NCBI GenBank assembly: GCA_951406725.2
Contig: OX597822.1
Coordinates: 5,456,001-5,520,000, forward strand
DNA from: Octopus vulgaris
Lineage: Eukaryota
Length of the DNA: 64,000 bases
Direction: 5' to 3'
Numbering within the stretch: the stretch's first letter is position 1; every line of letters starts with the position of its first letter. This document shows, one piece after another, positions 27,290 through 36,583 of the stretch. The translations under genes and the position numbers were made by a program. A model generated the notes under the pieces. The model was not told the DNA's origin and searched no databases. It saw nothing but the letters and a program-made list of their open reading frames with translations.

Positions 27290-27304
27290 ATAGGTTGAAT
27301 ACAG
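27290..27304 (+). other. Candidate 15-nt micro-exon
   Basis: ctttcacctgcctag|ATAGGTTGAATACAG|gtaagt; about 140 nt upstream without AG; TGC just upstream of the AG; open only in phase 1 (xRLNTx). Confidence 0.35.
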
Positions 27305-27714
27305 GTAAGTTGATAACATGTAAGTGTTTTTTGTACATATTTACAAGATATTGATTCCTGGGCATTGATTTCCTGTCTCAGAGTTGAAGCGGTGCTCCAG
27401 AACATGCATCAGAAAAAGAAATCTGAGATATATCTTCATTGGCTCCATCCAAAGGATTTGTAAGGTCCAACAAATTAGTGTTATTTATTCTTGTCATAAT
27501 AATTACACTCTCTCATAAACCCAGCAGTATGCAACGACCCTAAATTTAAAATGTATCAGTAAATTAATGTTCTGCTTATTTTAATCCTTACCATTCACTA
27601 ACAAATGCATTGATTCAATATCAACTTCAAAATAACTCTATCCAAATCAATAAATCCCAATATCACTTAGATAGTCGGTAGCGTGTGTGAGTAAATAAAT
27701 AGATAAGTATATGT

Positions 27715-27757
<43 letters not shown>

Positions 27758-29522
27758 TAGATACATATGTATACCTTTTAATAGTATATATTGGAATTAA
27801 ACAACTATAAGCAAACATAAAATTGGTGTTTTATAAAGAAAGTCTCTCGAGATATTATTCTGCATTGAGTTAGACACAACTTAGTCACTCCTGCTGCCAG
27901 AAATGCTGAGATCTAGTAACCAGTCCATCAGATATCTGTAACCATCTATGTTGTTTTTCACAAACTGATAATATAGAAAAAAGAATAAACAGATATAAGC
28001 CATCATTAATATCGTATTCTTTAGTCAATTTATGTCAATTCTATTAGGAATAACATTATTAACTTTTCCTATAACCTCTATTCAGTTCTATGCTTGTGCT
28101 ACAACTGTTTTGGATCTAGGGAACATGATACATAATACAAATCACACCAATATATTTTGTAATATGAAATATTCTCATGAAAAAAAAAATGAATTGTTAC
28201 AAAATTAAATTATTGCTTTGCCTTGGGCTCTCAACTTCTGATGAAATTGGAGGGGTGCTGTCATGGCATATAATGGCTTGGAGATCTTTAGACATGACAG
28301 AGTCCATCCTTCTACAGGTCTGACCATTACCAATTTTTTCAAGAAGAGACAGACAGAAAGAAATGGAAGAGAAAGATTGACTCCTCTACAAGACTGGTAC
28401 TTTATTTCATGACCTTACAAGGATAAACAGCAAAGCTGAGCTTCGCAGCATTGGAACTTAGAGCACAGAAAGCTGGAATTAAAACTGAAATGCAATCTAG
28501 CTGACGTGAATATCAATATTTGAAGTCTATGTGGTAAAAGTATAGCAAATAACTATAGAGAAATATTTGGCCGTATGCCACTAGATAAGGTTTGTACAAA
28601 ATTTGAAACAGGCTACTGCAACTCATACAACCAATTTCTGATCATATATTTTCTTTTTGATGACCTTAGACATTATTAGAACCATCACAACACCAAGCAC
28701 TGGACTTCTGGATTACTGCAGTCTAACAATAATGTGTATATTCCCTAAAGGCCAATCTGTAACTGCAATCAGCCTTCAAAGAATAAAAGCAGTTTCATTC
28801 TGGGGTTGGAGATGTAAATAAAAGAAAATGTGTTATGTGTTATCTTAAACAATTGAATTTGAAAGGATAGATAAAAACTGTTGTTGCAACCTTTGTTATT
28901 ATTTATTTTATTTAAAGATTCTCTCTGAAAGGAGAAAAACTGAGAGAAAGGAAGTGCAACAAAAAATTTAAAAGGAAACAAAAAAGAAAACAGAAATAAA
29001 GGATAAAGAATGAGATAAAGAGAAAAGGAATAAGATGAGATAAAAAGAGGTCAAAGAGGTAGAATAGATTTTAAAAGAGGAAAAAAGAAATGCCAAAATA
29101 GATTCATTAACTCTCATATAGAAGGAAGATTTTGTGGTGGATTATTCCTAAATCCATAACTAAAGCAATTTAAAGATATATTGCTGTTAATTTTATAGTA
29201 TCCATGCTTAGGTAAACTGTATTCCTGCAGCATCCTAAATAGTGCTTACAATGAGAGTTTTATGCAGTTAGTGTTTCTAACCTAATAACAAGGCTACTTG
29301 CTGCCCAAAAGAAACATCTATGTTCTTTAAATTATTCAGTGTCTGATGGGAACATACATGTTAAACTAATTTTTTTCAGCTTTTTGATTCTGGATTCAAT
29401 CAAATCAGAGATGACAATGAAAGTAAAAGTAATGCTACCATATTCTACAGAAGATTCTGTGACAAAATGGTTGTGTGCAGCAGCAGTAGCAGTACTATTG
29501 GTGTGCAGTTCTAATTGGCAGG

Positions 29523-29688
29523 TAAAAAGCCCCCACTACACTCTCGGAGTGGTTGGCGTTAGGAAGGGCATCCAGCTGTAGAAACATTGCCAGATAAGAC
29601 CGGAGCCTGGTGCAGCCTTCTGGCTTCCCAGATCCCCGACGAACCGTCCAACCCATGGAGAACGGACGTTAAACGATGATGATGATGA
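29523..29688 (+). mobile_element. Young 5'-truncated RTE-type 3' tail
   Basis: CACTACACTCTCGGAGTGGTTGGCGTTAGGAAGGGCATCCAGCTGTAGAAAC...GGACGTTAAACGATGATGATGATG with CpGs intact. Confidence 0.8.
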
Positions 29689-30688
29689 GAGCAAATCTAT
29701 GGTCTAGACATTCCTACTCTCAAAACCTTATGTTTTCTTTTTTCAAGTATTGCATATCTAGAAGCACATTAGTCAGTGTGTCCTTCCTTCTTTGAGATCA
29801 TACAGCTTAATTTGATAAATATTTACGTACTATTTCCACCAGGTCAAGCAACTGCACAGAAATTCTTCCATTGGTTCATGAGCTGCAGTATTTAATAGTT
29901 GCTGGAAAGGTAACAGATACTGTTGTCTTGTCTTAATTTTGGCCCTTGAACTCTACATGGAGATATAGATGCCATCATGCATGTATTAAATCATTTTTAG
30001 ACTTAGCTAAGCCCACCTCACTCCAGATTTGACAACAGCTTTTTTCCTCAAGAAAGATAGAGACATGCAGATAGACAGAAAAATTTACCACCCTGCTCCC
30101 CTAAAAGGCCGTTACTTTATTTATTTACCTTGAAAGGGTGAAATGCAAAATTGACCTTGGCTGTATTTGAACTTAGGGTGCATAAAGCAGAAGCAGAACA
30201 ATTACTACAAAACAAACTATCCAATGCTCCAACAACACTGCTAACTGAATACCTTATGTACTGCAGTCTGACAAAATTCTGTCAAGGAACTGAGTCTGCA
30301 ATTCAACTTCACTCCATTCTTTCAATTACCATATACACTCACGGATAGGTCACACTTTTTTTTAGCCAAAACTTTTGCTAAAAATCAGGGATGCAACCTA
30401 TCCACTCAACATCACAGGGATCTGAAGTAGATGGTGGCATATCAGTAGACAAGTTGATTTATCAATTAAACTACTTTCATAAAGTCACTTCCACAAAAAT
30501 GTTTTAACATTTGTAAGCAAAATTTTGAAATAACATTGAATATTTGATAATATCTAACAAATAGTAATTATATTTATGTTATAAAGGAGCCATTGTAACT
30601 CCCCAAATTATAGTGTGACCTATCTGCAAGTCAGCAGTAAATAGCTACTTTGACAAACCCAAACTAATGCGACCTATCCACGAATATA

Positions 30689-31868
30689 CAGGGGTTGGAC
30701 AAAATAATGGAAACACCTTAAAATTTCAAACAAATTTATTTTAATATGGGTTAGGACCACCTTTGGCAGTAATTACAGCTTGAATTCTATGAGTTATGGA
30801 CTTGTACAAAGTTTGAATTGTTTCCAAAGGAATTTTTGTCGATACTTCTGCTAAAACAGTCTCCACTTCTTGTAGGATATCGACTCCTTACTTGTTTTTC
30901 TAAAATACACCATAAATGTTCAATAATATTGAGATCAGGGGACTGTGGTGGCCAGATAAGATGTTCAACTTTACTGGAATGTTCCTCATGCCATTCAGTA
31001 ACAACTTTGGCAGTATGAATTGGTGCATTATCATTCTGAAAGATTGCATTTCCCTTCAGAAAGAGTTCTGCAAGAATTTGATAAGATAAAATGCTTAAAT
31101 AGTCTTGACTATTAATTCTGCCATGAAGGGAAACCATTGGGCTGGTGGATTTCCAAGATATAGCTCCCTAGATCATCTCCACACATATACTCAGCTGATG
31201 GTTGGAAATAAAGTAAAGGATGACTCATTCGAGAAAATAACATTCTTCCATTGCTCTAGGGACCAATTCTGTAGGTTTTTACTCCACTCTAAATGCTTTG
31301 CAATGTTTGTTTTTGAAAGTATTGGTCTTTTGATTGCAGCCCTCCTATGAAATCCAGCTTTGTGCAGCTTCCAGTGAACAGTTTTGTGGAAACTGAGTTC
31401 TTGAGGTAGTCATTAAGCTCTGCAGTAATTTTGGGAGCTGTACTTTTGTGAACCTTTCTAACAATTCACATATGAGTCCAACGGTCCCCATCTGAAAGTT
31501 TTGGTTTTCTTCCAGAGATTTATTTCGACGAGGAGTATTTTCCCCTCTTTCTCAAAGGCTGTCATTACTTTCGAGACAGTAGTTCATGATACATCAAACA
31601 AATCAGCTGTTTTCGTTACGCTAGCACCTGCCATATGAGCACCAACAATTTGACCTCTTTGAAAGTCTGATAAATCTGTCATTTTAATGAATTTTAATTA
31701 CTTTTTTCTGATGATATCTGAAAAGCATCAGCAATTTTAGCAAAACATATTAAACAACACTAATAATAAATCAAAAGACAAAGATAAACAAGATTTTGAC
31801 AGTTTTACAGATATTTCAAAATTATGATGCTATGATACAGGTGTTTCCATTATTTCGTCCAACCCCTG
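30689..31868 (-). mobile_element. Tc1-family DNA transposon, DD36E (Incomer-like), TIR-to-TIR, decayed
   Basis: TA|CAGGGGTTGGACAAAATAATGGAAACACCT at the left end and AGGTGTTTCCATTATTTCGTCCAACCCCTG|TA at the right end (30-bp TIR, 1 mismatch, TA TSD); 1180 bp; contains a transposase remnant. Confidence 0.93.
30741..31682 (-). pseudogene. Tc1 transposase pseudogene (stops, frameshifts, deletions)
   Basis: Starts [26 protein letters not shown]; VIFSNESSF (first catalytic D appears as N); FQNDNAPIHT...WPPQSPDLNIIEHLW (ORF 30787-31137) with 36 residues between D and E; ends near KGGP..PY*. Confidence 0.9.
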
Positions 31869-32549
31869 TATACGATATCAACTCCTACCTAGGTTACCTT
31901 TCTTCCACTACATAGTATCTTTTGCAACAGGGTTAACTTGATTAACAAGATAACTGCTGCAGAGTTTGAGATTCTTCTTAAACAATTTTCTACAGTCAAA
32001 GCACCTTAATCTACACCTATTGATACAGTATGTGGCAGTGTTAAGACTTACAAAAACAAAATATGGCAGAGATAGTTATAAATAAATCATTATTTTCAGG
32101 CTAGTTCTTCACTGTCTGCAACAAGCAAAACATGAAATTGTGTGCACTTAATGAGAGATTTGTTAATTAAATTTAAATGTCTCAATTAAAGAAAAAAATA
32201 TGGCTATTCATTGTTTACACTTCTTTTGCTTTGTCTTTTCCTGCAAAATATAGAATAATTTATCAGCCTCAAGACATTTTGCTTGGTGACCATTCTGATT
32301 GTCTCACCCGATTCCATTTGTTTGTCTAATTGAATTTATTAATCTCTCTAACACAATGTCATGTTTATCCAGTTTGTGACTGTCGTCTTTAGCTGGAATA
32401 TTTTTTTAAAAAATAAAATGTAGAAATTATTAAATCACAAAGTAACGAATCCATTATTTACCAATAGGTCATTTTCACTGAAATATTAGTGTATTTTCCT
32501 CTTAGTACTATTGAATAGAAGCTCTATTCATCTTTTTTTTTATCCATTA

Positions 32550-32926
32550 CTAGCAGTATCGCCCAGCATTGCTCGGGTTTGTAAGGGAAATAACTATATA
32601 AGCATTTTTAGAGAGTTATAGCCAAAAAAATGCATTCAAAATGGGTAAAAAATGATGGTAAATTTTTATAAAAATCGTTGACTCATCGTAGACATTTTTA
32701 GAGAGTTACTTCCCTTATATAATAGCGAAAAATGCATTAAAATGGAAAAAATGATGGTAATTTTTTTTTAAATCGTAGACTCATCGTAGACGTGCGCTAA
32801 TACCCAGAAGGGCTCGATATGAATCACAACTATAAGATTTGGTTAAACTGCACCGCAAAATGTGGGAGTAGTTAGGAATTTAAATCGTAGGAGACAGACA
32901 CACAACTTGACTTTTATATATAAAGA
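32550..32926 (-). mobile_element. Non-autonomous Helitron
   Basis: Minus strand begins A|TCTTTATATATAAAAG and ends with a GC-rich hairpin (CCCGAGCAATGCTGGG) then GATACTGCTAG|T: 5'-TC, 3'-CTAG, A|T target, no TSD. Contains an internal duplicated block (catttttagagagtta...aaatgatggtaa...cgtagac). Confidence 0.85.
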
Positions 32927-33219
32927 TATTTCAACTAGTTAATCTTCATTCTTTAACTATATGCTTTCTGTTTGCTTAAGGGATTTAACAAGTTTGGCAT
33001 AACTGGCCCAACATGTTCCTGTTGATAAGAGTGTGAGAATTCATACTTGCTAATTAACTGCTAAGACAGACTCCAGGGTCGACAAGATGAAGGATGTCGT
33101 TTTTCTCAATTTTTTGTAAGTTAGGAAAAATGTTACAGAATCTATGAACCTTCAGCCCACTCAAACAATGGTACAGTTATATAAATTGTTTAAACTGCCA
33201 TTCATATAAACGTGTGTGG

Positions 33220-33293
<74 letters not shown>
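33220..33293. repeat. Compound (TA)n(TG)n(TA)n microsatellite (others 10821-10872, 18068-18100, 26541-26590, 27717-27752, 63770-63880)
   Basis: Direct reading. Confidence 0.95.
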
Positions 33294-33296
<3 letters not shown>

Positions 33297-33546
33297 AATA
33301 AAATTTATATATAAAGAAACAAGAACGTGAAATACACAAAGGGACGAACACAGAAAATAGAAGGGTCATTCAAAGCCTTTAATCTTCAGTCAGAAACTGG
33401 ATCATCATAGCAAATTTCGGCTGATTAATTCTGATATTTGCTCCAACGCGCCCAGCCTCAAGGAAAAACTAAGCTGTGAGCATTAGATTTCTTGGAAAAA
33501 GGAACAAATGTAAATGCAACAGGAACGAATATAAATACAAAAAACG

Positions 33547-33589
<43 letters not shown>

Positions 33590-33639
33590 TACATATAAGA
33601 TGATAATTTATATACACGTAGATATATATGCCTGTGTAA

Positions 33640-34258
33640 GAAATGAAGCCAGTATACTCTACTGGATGGGCAATATCAGTGTGCATTGTGCAACAGAGTG
33701 TAAGAGATTTGAGAGAAAAACTGGGAATGTGAGGCATCAGATGTAGTGTGCAAGAAAGAAAACTGTACTGGTTTGGTCATGTAATACAAAAGAATGAAGA
33801 CAGTTGCATCAAGAAGTACTGATCTCTAATGGTAGAGGAAATGAGTAGATGGGGTAGACCCAGGAAGGCGTGGGATGAAGTGGTGAGCTTCACAGATGGG
33901 ACGACAAGCAGCTGAGACTTCTGGCAGTTTGTTGTGCTCAAGAAGACACATCAAGCTAAGTGAAATCATGGTTGTTTTTGCATACAAGCATCTCCATTGC
34001 ATCCCTCTTCCACTGAGTGATCCTAACCTTCCAGGCTCATGGGTGCTGGTAACATTTAAAGAGCACCCATGTTGGTGCCACATAAGAGCATCTGTGCCAG
34101 TGATGCATAAAAGTGCTCAGTACATTCTTGAAGGTGGTTGGCATTAGGAAGTGTATCAAACCATAGAAACCATGCCAAAATAGACGTGGAACCTGGGCAG
34201 CTCTTAAGCTGGCCAGTGCCTGTCACACTGCCCAACCCATACCAGCATGGACAACTGA
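33640..34258 (+). mobile_element. RTE-clade LINE 3' fragment
   Basis: Decayed ...LREKLG..IRCSVQERKLYWFGHV...GRPRKAWDEVV (RTE ORF C-terminus) followed by the common 3' tail (GGTTGGCATTAGGAAG...CCAACCCAT..CAGCATGG). Confidence 0.8.
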
Positions 34259-34369
34259 ATTGCCTGCTAATTAAATTAACATGCAGCAAGCAGACCATTT
34301 CACAGGTATAAATATGATTAATGTAATTCTCAAGCAGAATGATCACAATACAGTACATAGCAAAGTAAA

Positions 34370-34912
34370 GCTTCAGCTTTACTTTATATTAATTGTATTT
34401 TGACCAGAGCTTTTTCCTCACACTTCTGTGACCTCATCAGTGGTCCTTTGCTTTTTTTCTTTCTTTTTTGTGTGTCTCTCCTTACTAATGATCTGCCATT
34501 TTATATTCCTGTTGAATGTGTCTTTATTTGCACATGTATATATCCCTGTTTGTGTCTATGTTTATTACGTGTGTGTGGGGGGGGAATGACTTGTATTCAT
34601 ATCTACTTACTTTTACTTTTCTTTTTTTTTTTGTATTAAATTTAAATTTATTTGTTAACGTATATAATTATTTAATTCCATTTATTTATCTGTGTATTGT
34701 ATTATATTCATATTATCATCAGTCTATGGGGATCTTATACTGTCATTGGTTGTGGTGTGTGCTAGTGTCCCCTTCTAGTTTCCTATCCAGGCTAGGTTTA
34801 TCTTCTATTATATGTGTAATTTGTCTAAGCGTTGCATCTGTTGTATGTGTGGACAAGATTTTAACTTCTATTTTATTGAGTGAGCTTCTGTGTTCTTGCT
34901 CGGTGTGCTGAT
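34370..34912 (-). mobile_element. Penelope-like element 3' fragment (GIY-YIG C-terminus plus pLTR)
   Basis: ORF 34743-34964 contains QHTEQEH...IEVKILSTHTTDATLRQITHIIEDKPSLDR, resembling the PLE endonuclease end (H..H..IL..R.I.E..I...PSLN); downstream hammerhead-like motif at 34402-34445. Confidence 0.6.
34402..34445 (-). ncRNA. Minimal type-I hammerhead ribozyme-like motif (probably decayed)
   Basis: Minus strand GACCA-CTGATGA-GG-TCACA GAAG TGTGA-G-GAAA-AAGCTC-TGGTC: helix I GACCA/TGGTC, intact CUGAUGA, stem II, GAAA. Confidence 0.55.
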
Positions 34913-34924
34913 ATATATATATAT

Positions 34925-35100
34925 ATATGTTGGCGATTTGTTTATCCTCTGTCTTCCTTTTCAACTGGACTTTACTGTGTTTCTGAAGAAGAGCTTTGCT
35001 CGAAGCATTAAACCATCTTTCTTTCCTTTCCTGAGTGATTGCTAATACTTTACATGTACCACGTCCTCACGTTGTTGTTTCTTTTCTGTGTTTGTTGTTC
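34925..35100 (+). mobile_element. Penelope-like terminal repeat with hammerhead-like motif (second copy 22125-22300 minus)
   Basis: GTTT-CTGAAGA-A-GAGC TTT GCTC-GAAGCATTA-AAC at 34979-35013; the copy at 22198-22232 reads GTTT-CCGAAGA-A-GGGC ATT GCTC-GAAATGTTA-AAC; flanks align; both lie beside TA/CA microsatellites. Confidence 0.6.
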
Positions 35101-35245
35101 GTTTATTTGTATGTATACACACACACACACATATATATATATATACATATACACACACACACACCAGGGAAAACTATTTTATTGCCGGTCGGGATTCATG
35201 CTAGCCCCAAGGTAAAGTCTTGTTTTGATTTCTCTCTATAGGAAT

Positions 35246-35311
35246 ATTTCCCCTGATGAGGTGAATGGGTCCCTTAAATAGCCCCTAACACCAAAAGTGC
35301 AATAGAGAATT
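35246..35311 (+). ncRNA. Third hammerhead-like motif, decayed
   Basis: ATTTCCC-CTGATGA-GGTG...CCCCTAACACC-AAAA-GTGCAA-TA-GAGAAT; CACCAAAA is consistent with CpG decay of CACCGAAA. Confidence 0.45.
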
Positions 35312-36583
35312 AACCAATTATTTTCAAGTTGTGGATTCTATTTGCCATGTCACCCGAAGTCAGTTGTTATCATGAGGAGAAATAATATGAGTGACATAAT
35401 GGCTTTATAGTGGTTTTGGCTGCTATTTTTAACATGTAAGATTTTTTTAACCCTCTTAGTTACAATCGTCACTTGTTCATATTTATATACGTTTCTTTTC
35501 TTCTTTATATTTTATGATAACATGTTTGGCCATTGATATATTCATAAATAATCTTAATTATTTATAATATATCCTTCATAATGTTTTTACATTACTCTCT
35601 ACTTATATATAAGAGAGAGAGAGAGAGAGAGCGAGAGGGAGGACAAGCAGAAATTGATAGGTTTTCTTTTATAGATCTATCTACTTATAGTAACTGCAAA
35701 GAGCTGTTGCTTTTATATAGGAGGAGGTAAAAAACATATGATGTTTGTTTAATTCTAGCAGCCTCAAGGTTTCTTTTAACAGCAAGTTTGAAGTGTTTTC
35801 ACAACTCAAATATCTTTCCTGAAGCCAATCATTATAGAAGAAACTGTTTTTCTGACTCAATGTACATAAACCTTCTTTTATTGGAAATATTTCCTGATAG
35901 AATAAGACAGGTTGTTTATGTTATTCATTTCTTTTATTAATTTTTCCTTTTGTTGTTGATTTTCATGCACGTCCATGTATTTTCATTCCTTGGTGATAAT
36001 GTGCATTCTACAAGCTTTAAAATTATCAATATCGGTTAAAACATTCTTGTAACAAAATATAAGCAATTAGGTTGTTGTTTTTATTTTTACTTTTTTTTTT
36101 AAAAGGAAAACTGTATCTAGACAACAGTATATGAGTCTTCAAGTACTATCATACACAGAAACTATCTGCTGTTTGTCTTTAAAAGTGGAAAGGAACTGGT
36201 AGGAGAAAAATATTAAAATGCCCATATGCATTTCAGTAGACTGAATGGCAGTAAATGGCAAATACTGGAAGATTTTCAGACAGGCAGACAGACAAACAGT
36301 CAGGCTAGACTAAGATAGAGATACAAAATTGAGGCTTTTAAAAGAAGAGAAGGGGAGGATCACAAACAGATAGGCAGGCAGATAAGAAAAGAGAAATTTT
36401 CAGATAGAAATAGGATATACTATCGTCACTAAAACTGTAGTTAATTTCACTAAAATAACAAATATCGTGTCTCTCATGCAGTATCACTAAATAATAAATT
36501 CCATCAAGGAATTTCTTCCTTACAATGGTTCTTCAACAAGGAACAGCATCCAGTTACACTACATTGTGTGATAGTGGTGCAAC

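Larger units (their letters stand above)
30329..31875. mobile_element. Older pogo/Tigger-like MITE interrupted by the Tc1 element
   Basis: Left end TA|CCATATACACTCACGGATAGGTCAC. Removing the Tc1 and one TA gives a right end whose reverse complement is TCGTATATATTCGTGGATAGGTCGC, followed by TA. Most differences are CpG-type transitions from CCGTATATACTCGCGGATAGGTCGC. Confidence 0.7.

Noticed and set aside
33355-33500. Possible fourth hammerhead (CTGAAGA on the minus strand)
   Set aside because: No convincing stem II, GAAA and helix I could be assembled; kept only as a probable repeat fragment.
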